A stretch of 38,338 nucleotides of DNA. Origin: Candidatus Bathyarchaeia archaeon (GTDB lineage: Archaea; Thermoproteota; Bathyarchaeia; Bathyarchaeales; Bathycorpusculaceae). The stretch is taken from the NCBI GenBank assembly GCA_049512075.1, contig JBEKXL010000022.1:1-38338 (forward strand). The letters run 5' to 3'. Under the pieces are notes generated by a model. That model had not been told where the DNA came from, did not search any database, and saw nothing but the letters and a program-made list of their open reading frames with translations. Positions 1 through 9,765 of this stretch are shown here, one piece after another (within the stretch, counting starts at the first letter, position 1; every line of letters starts with the position of its first letter). A program made the position numbers and the translations under genes.

Positions 1-1
1 G

Positions 2-1675
2 CACGCCATCCTGCCACGTAATATCATGTTTAAACCACAAAGTAACATTCGTCCATTGAGGATTAGAAGAGTTAGTCGGATCATCAATAAGCTGAACCTT
101 CCAAGAATAAGCCATCCATGGTAAATCACAGCCGTTCGACCCGCCTGTTAGTGCGCTGCCCGGTACCAAGTCGTTGTACGGATTTTGGGCCATTGGATAA
201 GTGAAGATTTCATCCATGACCTGGTAGTCAAAGACTTCGTCGCTGAAGATAGGGTTCAGCACGTCTGGCGGAGCGTAACAGCCGTAGTAGATTATGTTGC
301 TGTCGGGCGTGTCCGACGGAGGCCCCGTGTAGGCTATTGTGTCGTTCTTCTTTGCGTTCAGCGTGATCCAGTTCAAGAGTTGTTCGTTGCCTTGTGTGCC
401 GTAGCCCAGCTCATTGATCATCCCAAGCATGCTGGTCTTGTAGGCACAATAGGTTGCTGGGCTGTAGACGCTGACCAAGTAGGCTTCGTTAACCAGAATG
501 TCCTGGACCTGCATGAGATCGCTCATGAACTGGGATTGATTCTGGTCCGTAAAGCACGCGTCCGCATAACGTGTCATGTTTGAATCGTCAACCGCGTAAA
601 TATTCGGACCGCCAGAGGTCCAAAAGGTTCCAGGCCAAATGCCTGCAGGTGTAAACTCATCGTACCACCAGTTTGGCGGCGTGAAGAAGCTGTAGCCAAG
701 CGTGACGAAGTCATATTCATACGTGTTTGGGCCCCAACCCAATATGGGGGAGGGGTAGTGCTCTGCATAAGCTATACCCATCTTTCCGACCATCGCACAG
801 AACATGTCGCCCAAGTCTTTTCGTGCGTCACTTTTTTTGACGTATCCTTGTAGCGTGTCGACGGGCTGCCCGGCTCTCGGGTTAACGTACGTGTCGGTTC
901 CGCCCCATTGACCATAGGGATCAGCGCTAGGGTAAACGACCCCCTCAGCTGTTCCCCCGTACGTCGCTAATGTGCCATTGCTATACGTGGTGAGCAGGTC
1001 TTGGAATGTTGGGTAAATAGTTTTATTGTACCAGCCGCCCCTGTAGAGGATGTACAGGGCGTTTGTCACGTTGTATTCCCATGGGTAGTTGGGGTAAGAA
1101 ACGTTCGGGTTTATGTAGCCTGCCATAAGCGGGTTCGGAATTTGGGTGTCGTCCCTCGTGGCAAAACCTTGAAGAGTGGGTCCCGCGATAACGCCGTTCT
1201 TGTCGACTACACACGCCAGCGCCTGCCTGAAGTCAGTGTAGTTCAAAGCGCTTCTGCCGTTCGGATGTGCAAGATTAGTCCAGTTACAGTTGAACCCCAG
1301 CTCATATTCACCCGCTTCGGCCATCGGTTCGACAATTATGCCCGTGTTGTTTATCGCTGTGTTATACTCAGCGCTTGTGAGCTGCCAGCCCATAACGTCA
1401 ACGCCGCCCGCATAATCTGGTGTCAGCAGGGCATTGAAGAGACTGTCTTGACCCGAAAAGAACCTGAACTGGATGGCATTCATGTTCGGGCCCGTGGTTG
1501 CATAGGTGTGAGGCATAATGGACGCCAATGTCGTTAAGACAAGCCCAATACATGCTAGAATAGCGCAGATTCTCTTGTCTACTCCTTTCCAACGTGGGCG
1601 CTCTCTAGTCTCTGTAGGATTTCTTCGAAAACGTCTCGTCCTAATTGCCTTCCCCGTTTCCAACGATTTCACCAT
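2..1675 (-). CDS. ABC transporter substrate-binding protein (family 5, peptide/nickel type); 3' end runs off the window
   Basis: Absent from the ORF track, probably because no stop lies in the window. Manual translation of the 5' part from ATG 1675: MVKSLETG...ICAILACIGLVLTTLASIMPHTYA (signal/TM)...YELGFNCNWT...SALNYTDFRQALACVVDKNGVI, resembling the SBP_bac_5 'FN...D..FRQAL...D' segment. Exact start uncertain. Confidence 0.75.
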   Translation of the reverse strand, partial: MVKSLETGKAIRTRRFRRNPTETRERPRWKGVDKRICAILACIGLVLTTLASIMPHTYATTGPNMNAIQFRFFSGQDSLFNALLTPDYAGGVDVMGWQLTSAEYNTAINNTGIIVEPMAEAGEYELGFNCNWTNLAHPNGRSALNYTDFRQALACVVDKNGVIAGPTLQGFATRDDTQIPNPLMAGYINPNVSYPNYPWEYNVTNALYILYRGGWYNKTIYPTFQDLLTTYSNGTLATYGGTAEGVVYPSADPYGQWGGTDTYVNPRAGQPVDTLQGYVKKSDARKDLGDMFCAMVGKMGIAYAEHYPSPILGWGPNTYEYDFVTLGYSFFTPPNWWYDEFTPAGIWPGTFWTSGGPNIYAVDDSNMTRYADACFTDQNQSQFMSDLMQVQDILVNEAYLVSVYSPATYCAYKTSMLGMINELGYGTQGNEQLLNWITLNAKKNDTIAYTGPPSDTPDSNIIYYGCYAPPDVLNPIFSDEVFDYQVMDEIFTYPMAQNPYNDLVPGSALTGGSNGCDLPWMAYSWKVQLIDDPTNSSNPQWTNVTLWFKHDITWQDGV

Positions 1676-1696
1676 CCAATACTTGGCCAAGGGTAC

Positions 1697-1720
1697 CTAT
1701 ATCTCTACAGTTTACAACAG
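1697..1720 (-). promoter_or_regulatory. Operator/promoter-like box, copy 1 (CTGTTGTAAACTGTAGAGATATAG read on -)
   Basis: Near-identical inverted copy at 2266-2287; lies 21 nt upstream of the SBP start. Confidence 0.5.
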
Positions 1721-1791
1721 GGCGTTGCAAAAATCGAACAGTCTCAAACCTTATACGAAAGAATGAGGTTATCTCTGTACAGGAATCATGA

Positions 1792-2262
1792 GTGAGTCAA
1801 AATTCTGCTGACAGCGAAATCGAATCCAAACTCACAGGTACGACGCGTCGAGTATATGGTTGTCTTCTGGAATCTCCAGACGGCCAATCAGGCGTGCGCG
1901 AGATAGCCAGGAAACTCAACATCAAACATCCTTCCATAGTGCTATATCACCTTCAAAAACTGGAGGAACTTGGACTCGTATATCACACCAACACTGGAGC
2001 TTACTACCTAGTCAAAGAAGTTAAGGTCGGCGTCATGAGACTGTTTTTCCGGCTTCACGGGGTTCTCTTCCCACGGCTGTTCCTCTATTCAGTGCTTCTT
2101 TCGACAATGGTCATAATCTACGTTTGCGTCTACACACAGCCAATGCTCTCGTTGGGTCCCGGCTGGATCCTGGGATACGCGACGAGTCTATTGATATCCT
2201 TCATCGCCTGTGGTGTTCTATGGTTTGAAACAATCATGATTTGGAGGGAGAAACAATTCTAG
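1792..2262 (+). CDS. Winged-HTH transcriptional regulator with two C-terminal transmembrane helices
   Basis: GVREIARKLNIKHPSIVLYHLQKLEELGLV wHTH followed by two hydrophobic segments. Confidence 0.8.
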   Translation: MSQNSADSEIESKLTGTTRRVYGCLLESPDGQSGVREIARKLNIKHPSIVLYHLQKLEELGLVYHTNTGAYYLVKEVKVGVMRLFFRLHGVLFPRLFLYSVLLSTMVIIYVCVYTQPMLSLGPGWILGYATSLLISFIACGVLWFETIMIWREKQF

Positions 2263-2265
2263 ATA

Positions 2266-2287
2266 CTGTTCTAAACTGTAGATATAG
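2266..2287 (+). promoter_or_regulatory. Operator/promoter-like box, copy 2 (CTGTTCTAAACTGTAGATATAG)
   Basis: Matches the reverse complement of 1697-1720 with one substitution and a 2-nt indel; upstream of the 2326 gene. Confidence 0.5.
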
Positions 2288-2325
2288 AAGTCTGTTCTGT
2301 GCAGTAATAGGTGAATGAATAGACA

Positions 2326-3000
2326 ATGAGAAGAAGCATGAAATTCGCTCTCGTTGCGATTATGCTGGGCACTGCGTTAAGCTTGATTCCCTACCTTATA
2401 GTTTACAGCAGCACTGGTGGAAACATGTTTGGGACCAGTGGGCCCTTCTTTGATGATTTTGAGAGTCAAACTTTGAATAGTAGATGGAAGTTCGTAGATC
2501 CCCTTGGTAACTCTTCTCTCGACCTGAGCACACGCCAAGGCTGGTTGACGATGACCACGTATTCTCTCCCAAATCGGGGCATAGCGGACGGACCTCGTTT
2601 AGTTCTATCAGACATAACTGGTGACTTTCTCGTACGCACAAGGGTTCAATTATCATCGGCCAGCCCTAACGGTAGTGCTGGCATCATAATCTGGAGAGAC
2701 AGTGAGGACTACGTTTATCTCTACGACACTCTTGACCTTGGAAATACAATCATCTTTGGTGAAACGCGTGTCAAGGTAGCGCAAGACGCGCGCGCCTCCA
2801 ATTATCGTGCAATCGATCTCATTTTGAGCAAGCGAGGGGGTAATTTCACCGCTTCGTACATTTTTGAAGGTATCGAATTCCAGGTGGATACCCTCAGTTT
2901 CACAGTGACTGGTCCTCTGGATGTGGGAGTTTCGATTGCTTCAACTCATGGAGGCAGTTTCTCAGCTTCTTTTGACTTTTTAAGCCTAGCTCCCTATTAG
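2326..3000 (+). CDS. Exported ConA-like beta-sandwich protein (DUF1349 / beta-xylosidase C-terminal-like)
   Basis: N-terminal signal/TM; FFDDFESQTLNSRW, GDFLVRTRV, AGIIIWRDSEDY and ASFDFL motifs. Confidence 0.7.
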   Translation: MRRSMKFALVAIMLGTALSLIPYLIVYSSTGGNMFGTSGPFFDDFESQTLNSRWKFVDPLGNSSLDLSTRQGWLTMTTYSLPNRGIADGPRLVLSDITGDFLVRTRVQLSSASPNGSAGIIIWRDSEDYVYLYDTLDLGNTIIFGETRVKVAQDARASNYRAIDLILSKRGGNFTASYIFEGIEFQVDTLSFTVTGPLDVGVSIASTHGGSFSASFDFLSLAPY

Positions 3001-3074
3001 TACGGGTAGCGTAACGTGCTCTGACACGTTAACTAAGCCCGTGTCAAGTCGGCATTCACGTCAATCAGTCTTGT

Positions 3075-3326
3075 CTAAAAAATCTTGCCCAGAATCGTGT
3101 TTCTCAGCTCTGCGTATTTCTTCTCAAGATATTCTTTCAGTGCGGCGGTTTCTGACGTAAGCCTCGTCTTCACCTGAGTGTTCAGGTCTCTTGCTTTCAC
3201 AATGTCCTGTTCTATCTTTTCCAAGTCATGCTTTGCAGCGTATTTTAGTTCTTCAGTCTTCTTCAATACGTCCACCTTGATTTTTCGATAATGCCCATAT
3301 AGGCTTCTTTGTAAACTTCTCACCAC
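3075..3326 (-). CDS. Hypothetical small coiled-coil protein
   Basis: 83-aa K/E-rich heptad-like ORF; no recognisable motif. Confidence 0.45.
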   Translation of the reverse strand: MVRSLQRSLYGHYRKIKVDVLKKTEELKYAAKHDLEKIEQDIVKARDLNTQVKTRLTSETAALKEYLEKKYAELRNTILGKIF

Positions 3327-3371
3327 TTTTCGAACAGTTCTCCAACCTTAAGCAATTTCACAGACCGCGCG

Positions 3372-3626
3372 CGCCATTTCTTCGCGACAAAACTCTACCT
3401 TCAGACCCGAGACATCCACTACGTGCAGAAGAAGATGGGCCACAGGAGCATAACTATCACTACCATTAACGAGAACAGCGAGCCAAACCAGGACGTGGAG
3501 ACCTACACCGTCAAAGCTGTGACCACCCAAGAAGAAGCAGAAAAGCTTATGACTTTAGGCTACGAGTTCCATTATTGCATTCAAGAAGGAGTAGATCTGT
3601 TCCACAAAAAAAGTGATAGGACTTGA
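3372..3626 (+). pseudogene. C-terminal remnant of a tyrosine recombinase/integrase
   Basis: In-frame upstream extension reads RHFFATKLYLQTRDIHYVQKKMGHRSITITTIN (box II RH...GH...TT-x-Y, with Tyr replaced by Asn, AAC). Followed by the tail YTVKAVTTQEEAEKLMTLGYEF. N-terminal part absent. Confidence 0.7.
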
Positions 3627-4597
3627 CTGAAAGGAGCAACTTGAACAAGTATGTCGTCGGCTACGACGAGAAGACCCAGTGCTGGAAGCTAGATTTCGGT
3701 ACGCATTCCGTAGAGATTCAGAACACCTTTGCCGAAATGTTTCCGATGTGGGCTGGGAGAGTTCTGATTACAGCGGACATGGAAAAATGGGCTTTGATAG
3801 CTGCCGAAGTCGCAACTGGCTTGGCGACGAGCGTGATCATGTCCCCCGCTGAGGCTGGAATCGAAAGCTTCGTCCCAGCGGGCAAAACGCCGGACAGTCG
3901 AGTTGGCGTTCTGGTACAAGTGTACAATCGCAGCAGGTTCGAGCTAAACGGACAGATGATACTACGCATAGGGCAGTGTGTGATGACGTGTCCAACGACA
4001 TCGGCTTTTGACGCCATGCCGAACGCCAAGAGAACGCTGAAGGTGGGAAGAAGTCTATGCCTGTTCGGCGACGGGTTCCAGAGAAAGGGTTTGGTAGGAC
4101 CGCGAAAGGTTTGGAAAATCCCCGTGATGGAGGGCGACTTCATCGTTGAAGACCGGTTCGGCATCGCAGAAGCCATAGCAGGCGGCAACTTCATCATCTT
4201 CGCCCAAGAGAGAGCCTCGGGCCTCAAGGCCGCGGAGGAAGCTGTGAAAGCCATAAGAGCCGGGAAAAACGAGGTTATCATGCCCTTTCCGGGGGGAATC
4301 TGCCGTTCCGGCTCGAAAGCCGGTTCTCTGAAGTACAAGCTGAAAGCTTCCACGAATCATCCTTTCTGCCCGAGGTTGAGAGAGCTTGTGCCAGATTCGC
4401 AGGTGCCCGAAGGCGTGAAATGCGTTTACGAAATCGTCATCAACGGCCTGAGCCTTGAAGCGGTCAAGAAGGCCATGGGCGACGGTGTGAAGGCTGCGGC
4501 AGGCGTGCCCGGCGTGGTCAAGATTTCGGCGGGCAACTATGGCGGTAAAATAGGTCCTTACAAGGCGTTTCTGAAAGAGGCCTTAGAAACAACCTAG
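3623..4597 (+). CDS. ftr: Formylmethanofuran--tetrahydromethanopterin N-formyltransferase
   Basis: TFAEMF, EAGIE, RIGQCVMTCPTT, FGDGFQ, AGGNF, SGSK, ASTNHPFCP, YEIVING, ISAGNYGGK signatures. Confidence 0.96.
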   Translation: MTERSNLNKYVVGYDEKTQCWKLDFGTHSVEIQNTFAEMFPMWAGRVLITADMEKWALIAAEVATGLATSVIMSPAEAGIESFVPAGKTPDSRVGVLVQVYNRSRFELNGQMILRIGQCVMTCPTTSAFDAMPNAKRTLKVGRSLCLFGDGFQRKGLVGPRKVWKIPVMEGDFIVEDRFGIAEAIAGGNFIIFAQERASGLKAAEEAVKAIRAGKNEVIMPFPGGICRSGSKAGSLKYKLKASTNHPFCPRLRELVPDSQVPEGVKCVYEIVINGLSLEAVKKAMGDGVKAAAGVPGVVKISAGNYGGKIGPYKAFLKEALETT

Positions 4598-4665
4598 GGC
4601 ACGCCCCAAAAATCTTATTTGAAGCCTCAATGTAGCTCTATCACTGAAACGTATCGTGAAAGCAT

Positions 4666-5931
4666 TTGAGTACCTCAAAAAAGACTTCCTTGGAACTGTT
4701 CAGACTCAAAAAGACACTGATGACGCTGGCCAGTAAGGAGGGGCGTGGAACTGAACTCGTCTCACTCTACGTTCCGCCTGGAAAACAGATAAGCGATGTT
4801 CTAAACACGCTCAGAGACGAGTATGGCACAGCGTCCAACATAAAGTCCACGACAACCCGGAAAAACGTCATGGACGCTATTGTGAAAGTCCAGCAGCGCC
4901 TTAAACTCTTCAAGGAACCGCCTGAAAACGGGCTGGTGATATTCTGCGGAGCCATCCCCCAGAACGGTGCCGGAAGCGAGAGAATCGAAACCTACGTGAT
5001 TATGCCGCCTGAACCGATACACATATACCTTTACAGGTGCGACGCGAGATTCCACACCGAGTACCTGCAGGAAATGCTGAGAGAAAAAGAAACCTACGGC
5101 ATACTCCTCATAGACTCCTCAGGCGCAACGCTCGCCACGCTTCAAGGCAGAAGGCTTGAAATAGTAAGGGAGATGACGTCAGGCGTGCCAGGCAAAACCC
5201 GCGCGGGTGGACAGTCTGCGAGAAGGTATGAAAGGCTCAGGGAGATGAGGCTTCAAGAATACTTCACGCGAGTAGGCGAACACGCAAACGAGATTTTTCT
5301 GCCCATTGAAAACTTGAAGGGCTTGATTATCGCTGGCCCTGGACCCACGAAGTACGATTTCGAAAAGGGCGAGTACCTCAATTACATGCTGAAGAATAAG
5401 ATCATAGACACCGTGGACACGGCTTACGTTGAGGAGCAGGGCGTCAAAGAAGTTGTTGAAAAAGCGCCGGAAGTGATGCGGAAGGTGCGCTACATAGAGG
5501 AGAGGAGGATAATGCAACAGTTTCTCTACGAAGTGGGGCATGACACGGGAAAAATCACTTACGGCGAAGAAGAAGTCAGGAGAGCCCTGGACGCGGGGGC
5601 CGTTAGGACGCTGCTGCTTTCAGAGGGACTGGAAATGACGAGAGTCACGGTGAAATGCAATGCCTGCGGCTACCAAGAACAGCACACGATGAAAAGCCAG
5701 ATGCTGACCAGTTTTGAGCAAGGCCTCTCGGGAAAACCTTGTCCAAAATGTAACGCGGCAGCCTTAGGCATTGTTGACACGCAGGATTTGATAGATGATT
5801 TCGCCAAGCTTGCAGAGTACACGAACACTGAGGTGGAGATAATATCAACCGAGACAGAAGAAGGACAGATGCTCAAGAACTCGTTCGGCGGAATAGCCGC
5901 GCTACTGCGCTTCCAGCTCCACGAACAGTAA
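4666..5931 (+). CDS. prf1: Archaeal peptide chain release factor aRF1
   Basis: TASNIKS, YRCD and GGQS motifs; CxxC..CxxC zinc-ribbon insertion in the C domain. Confidence 0.97.
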   Translation: MSTSKKTSLELFRLKKTLMTLASKEGRGTELVSLYVPPGKQISDVLNTLRDEYGTASNIKSTTTRKNVMDAIVKVQQRLKLFKEPPENGLVIFCGAIPQNGAGSERIETYVIMPPEPIHIYLYRCDARFHTEYLQEMLREKETYGILLIDSSGATLATLQGRRLEIVREMTSGVPGKTRAGGQSARRYERLREMRLQEYFTRVGEHANEIFLPIENLKGLIIAGPGPTKYDFEKGEYLNYMLKNKIIDTVDTAYVEEQGVKEVVEKAPEVMRKVRYIEERRIMQQFLYEVGHDTGKITYGEEEVRRALDAGAVRTLLLSEGLEMTRVTVKCNACGYQEQHTMKSQMLTSFEQGLSGKPCPKCNAAALGIVDTQDLIDDFAKLAEYTNTEVEIISTETEEGQMLKNSFGGIAALLRFQLHEQ

Positions 5932-5937
5932 GAACAG

Positions 5938-6213
5938 CTATGCGCCCATCAGCGCACGTTCAATCTCGCTTTTCTCTGCGTCCTTAATGAGCAACCTTTT
6001 CTGCCTAGAAGAAGAACCAGAAACAAGTTCCACCTTCTTGCCGAAAAGTCTTGAAAGCTCCTTCACCAGCTCCCTGTTGACCCTTCCTCCAACAGGCTCT
6101 TCCGAGCAGTGAACCACAATCTCATCGCCTTCAACCATGATCCTAAACTCCTTTGACCGCGGCTTCACGTAAACGTCCAAGATTAGGCCTTTCTCTGTTT
6201 CCCTGAGTTTCAT
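5938..6213 (-). CDS. DUF167 (YggU/UPF0235) family protein
   Basis: VYVKPRS, PVGGRVNRELVKELS, LVSGSSSRQK pattern. Confidence 0.9.
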   Translation of the reverse strand: MKLRETEKGLILDVYVKPRSKEFRIMVEGDEIVVHCSEEPVGGRVNRELVKELSRLFGKKVELVSGSSSRQKRLLIKDAEKSEIERALMGA

Positions 6214-6304
6214 GAAATTTCCACGCCAACGCTATGCTTAGAATCCGATTGGATAAAAGCATGTTCAAACTACAAGTGGCGACGGAAAAAGCTAAGCGGC
6301 AAAC

Positions 6305-7453
6305 ATGTTCTACAGTGTCTTGGCGTCTGAATTGAAACATCCGTCAATGTATCTGGACTGGTATGTTCATGTGCCCAAGGTAAAAAACGATTTTAGGTCC
6401 AGCGGCATTGGCCACTTCACTCGTGACCTGAGGCTGAACTGCTTGGATATGAGCGTTAACTACGATCACGGCAATCCTGAAACAGCCTTGCAACTGGCTA
6501 AGTGGTACCGTGTGAAACCTGAGAACGTTTTCATTTCAAGCGAGGGAGCTTCAGGCCAGAACGCCCGCGTCATCAGATGCTTGGCGGAGAGGAGCCGTAA
6601 GAAAGATGAAGCGGTGGTGGAGTATCCCACTTACGAACCTTTGCTTAGGCAGGTTCAGGAGCATTTCAGGCACGTGAAGAGGCTGGTGAGAAGAGAGGAA
6701 GAGGCGTACGGGCTTGACGCGGATGAGCTTCTGAAGCTTGTTTCAGACAGAACCGGTCTGCTCGTGTTGACCAATCCTCACGCTCCAAGCGGGGCAACAT
6801 CGGACGCGAAAGAGTTGAGGGAAGTGATGACTGTTGCCCGCGAGCAGGGCTTCTACGTGTTGTGCGATGAGATATACGCTGAATTTGACCGAGAAAAGGT
6901 GCCGACACTCTTCTCTGTGGACCCGGAGTGGGGCATCGTCACGACGAGCTTTACAAAAGCCTACGGTCTCGGAGGGTTGAAACTGGGCATCGCACTGGCC
7001 GAGAAGGAACTTGTCGATGAACTGTACATGGACGTGCTGAACACCGTTGGCAACAGCCCTAACATAGTGCAGCTCATCGCGGCAGACTTGCTGTCCAAGA
7101 ACAAGGAGAAGCTCGAAGAACACAAGCAAGAATGGACACATCTCAAGAATCAAACGCAAGCGTGGCTGACCGAGAATGGCCTGGAGTCCTTCCCGAGCAA
7201 GGTCGGCGTCACCTACTGGGTGAAAATGCCGATAAAAGACACGCACAAGTGGACAAACGAACACACAATCCCGCGCTATAGCTTGGCCGTAGTGCCGGGA
7301 ACGTTCTTCCTGTTCAAAAGTGACTACGCACTAACAAGGACGAACATGATAAGGCTCGGCCTCGGTAATGTAAACCCTGAAAAGCAAACCTTGGAAGAAG
7401 CCCTAGACACATTGGAAACGGCGCTGAAAACACATCAACGAAAACAAGAATGA
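6305..7453 (+). CDS. PLP-dependent aminotransferase class I/II
   Basis: PTYEP, LTNPHAPSG, LCDEIY, SFTKAYGLGGLKLG (PLP lysine), IRLG. Confidence 0.9.
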   Translation: MFYSVLASELKHPSMYLDWYVHVPKVKNDFRSSGIGHFTRDLRLNCLDMSVNYDHGNPETALQLAKWYRVKPENVFISSEGASGQNARVIRCLAERSRKKDEAVVEYPTYEPLLRQVQEHFRHVKRLVRREEEAYGLDADELLKLVSDRTGLLVLTNPHAPSGATSDAKELREVMTVAREQGFYVLCDEIYAEFDREKVPTLFSVDPEWGIVTTSFTKAYGLGGLKLGIALAEKELVDELYMDVLNTVGNSPNIVQLIAADLLSKNKEKLEEHKQEWTHLKNQTQAWLTENGLESFPSKVGVTYWVKMPIKDTHKWTNEHTIPRYSLAVVPGTFFLFKSDYALTRTNMIRLGLGNVNPEKQTLEEALDTLETALKTHQRKQE

Positions 7454-7603
7454 AAGCAATAACTATACCCGCCCGCTCTCGTGTTTGGGTTCGGACCCTT
7501 GTGTATGAGTACCTAAACCGTGATTTTTGAGGTTCGTGTTTGTCAAGAACGTTGGCATGAGCTTGGTAGATGCTGGGTTCTTTGGGCGTTGGTGTTTGTT
7601 TGG

Positions 7604-8362
7604 CTAGACGTGAGTGCTGGAGTCGTAGGGTGCTTTGACGTAGGTGATGACTTCTACCGGGCATTCGCCCGAGAGCTTCAATGTCTTCTTCCATTCTTCT
7701 CCGACGGCTATGAGGAGGAAGACTCCTGACATTTCGGCTTTGGCTTTTTTGACGAGGTTGACGAGTGCGGCTTGGGTTTCTCCGCTTTTTATCATGTCAT
7801 CTACGACGAGTACGCTGTCGCGCTTTTTGATGGCTTCTTTTGGGATGTAGATTGTTGAGGTGACGCCTGAGCCTTTGAGGAGGACATAGGTTTCTTCGAG
7901 GAAGGCTTTAACGCCGACTTCTTTGGTTCGTTTCGCGACGACGAGGTTGACGCCGAGGGCGTTTGCTACCATGGTTGCGAGGGGTATGCCGTCTACCGCG
8001 GCTGAGAGCACTTTTGTTACGCGTTTTCCCGCGAAGTTTGCGAGGGCGTGGTTGGCGGCCTGTTGCAAGATGTTGTAGTCACCTATGATTTCAGTGTTAT
8101 CAAAGTATCCGTCTTCGTCGAACCTTATTCTGCTTCGCAGCTCGGGTTCCAGGCCGACAAGTCTCGTGAGGATTTTCCAGAGCTGCTTCGCCCGTGCCGT
8201 ATTGGGCAGGACGTGGCCTTTGGCGTACCGGCTGAGGACGGTTACGGGCAGGCCGGTTTTTGACGCTAGTTCGCGATAAGTTATGTTTCGTTTATACTTA
8301 GCAGTTCTGAGAAGCTCGATGGTCATCAACCGAAGCTTCAAATCCTCTGCATGCGTGCTCAT
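7604..8362 (-). CDS. HTH + type I phosphoribosyltransferase (archaeal Apt/PurR-like regulator)
   Basis: TYRELASKTGLPVTVLSRYAKGHVLP HTH; VLVVDDMIKSGET PRPP motif. Confidence 0.9.
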   Translation of the reverse strand: MSTHAEDLKLRLMTIELLRTAKYKRNITYRELASKTGLPVTVLSRYAKGHVLPNTARAKQLWKILTRLVGLEPELRSRIRFDEDGYFDNTEIIGDYNILQQAANHALANFAGKRVTKVLSAAVDGIPLATMVANALGVNLVVAKRTKEVGVKAFLEETYVLLKGSGVTSTIYIPKEAIKKRDSVLVVDDMIKSGETQAALVNLVKKAKAEMSGVFLLIAVGEEWKKTLKLSGECPVEVITYVKAPYDSSTHV

Positions 8363-8668
8363 AACAACAGCCTCATATACACTGATAAGTCAAACCCTAG
8401 CGTGTTCTCCTTCTATTATTGCTTTTGCGATATATACTTTGCTGGGTTAGAGAAGAGCGCGTTGATGACGTCTGCTTCCAAGCGCGTTAATAATGTGAAC
8501 CGTGATACTCGCGAAGCCGCAAAGTTAAGGCAGTATTACAACCTAACGTTAGTCAGTAGGTAGGGTTCCAGAATGAGCTTTGTTCTCAGCTCGTTCAATC
8601 TTCCAGTTGCGCGTGAGGACTTTTTCCCTAGTGGTTGCTGCTGAGAATGGTAGGAGCTTCGTGCGAGG

Positions 8669-8988
8669 TTATCTCTCAAGTTCGTGACGAAGCCATTCGA
8701 GGTATTCTTTGCTTCCGGCAACGATGGGTACAGCGGTGATTTCAGGCGTTTCGTAAGGGTGTGTCTCCTTGATGGTTTTCTCAAGCTCCTTGTACAGGCT
8801 TTTTCGCTCTTGATAAGGCAGAGCCATTCTTCAGCTGTCTCTTTCCTGTTCTTCCACCAGTACGTACTTTGTATCGGGCCGATTATTTGGACACAGCCTG
8901 CGAGTCTCTTCTGCACTAGGGTCCGTGCTACTTTTTCGGCATCTTCTCTTCTCCCGGTTGTCGTGAAGATCTGGACATATTGTTTCAT
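8669..8988 (-). pseudogene. cutA: CutA divalent-cation tolerance protein, frameshifted
   Basis: MKQYVQIFTTT...LAGCVQIIGPIQSTYWW...IKSEK, then the other frame gives SLYKELEKTIKETHPYETPEITAVPIVAGSKEYLEWL. One A missing in the run at 8800-8804. Confidence 0.88.
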
Positions 8989-9153
8989 TTTGGTTCGCCT
9001 CGTTTTTTGTTTCTTGAACTCTGTTTGGTTCCAGGAAGCTCTTGAGTTTTTTGCAGGGCACAGCATTGCATTTCTCGCGCGGTTCAGTAACATGGAGGGA
9101 AACGTTTTTCAGCTGGGACGGTCTGTGCAAACGTCCCAAAGGGTTGTCTTTTC

Positions 9154-9660
9154 ATGCAGCAGCGGATGATTCGAAAGGAAGTAGTCGTCAAGGCGTCTGT
9201 AGAGGCGGCGTGGCACGCGTGGACCACACCAGAAGGTGCTGTTACGTTTTTTGCGCCAAGAGCTAATATCCGACTTGCCGTAGGCGGACCGTATGAGCTG
9301 TACTTTGACTTGGACGCTCCGGAAGGCTCGCGAGGGGGCGAGGGTTTGAAGACACTCAGCTTTCTTCCCATGGAAATGCTCTCGTTCGAATGGACTGCGC
9401 CGCCGCAATATCCCAGTGTCCGCCAGGGACCACACACATGGGTTGTCGTTCAGTTCTACCCGCTTGGCCGAAATGAAGTTCGAGTCAGACTAACCCATCT
9501 TGGCTGGAGGGAAGGCGAGGAATGGGACAAAGTTTTTCAATACTTCAAACGAGCATGGGACACTGTCCTCGGAAGGCTAGAATGTAGGTTTTCCAAGGTT
9601 CCCATCGATTGGGACAAACCTTACTCCCCTCCCCAAAACATGACGTATGAAATCCCCTGA
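9154..9660 (+). CDS. SRPBCC/AHSA1 domain protein
   Basis: ASVEAAWHAWTTPEG, VGGPYELYF, VRLTHLGW, W..VLGRL. Confidence 0.88.
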   Translation: MQQRMIRKEVVVKASVEAAWHAWTTPEGAVTFFAPRANIRLAVGGPYELYFDLDAPEGSRGGEGLKTLSFLPMEMLSFEWTAPPQYPSVRQGPHTWVVVQFYPLGRNEVRVRLTHLGWREGEEWDKVFQYFKRAWDTVLGRLECRFSKVPIDWDKPYSPPQNMTYEIP

Positions 9661-9765
9661 AAATGGGGTTGAACTGAAAAACAGAGAAAAATGAGGGAGT
9701 CGTGCGGCTAGTGCCTCTACTGGGGTTATCTACTAGAAAGGTTTTTGTGTTAACAAACATCCAGA

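Noticed and set aside
185-1766. Plus-strand ORFs 185-583, 1001-1537 and 1518-1766
   Set aside because: Shadows of the minus-strand SBP gene
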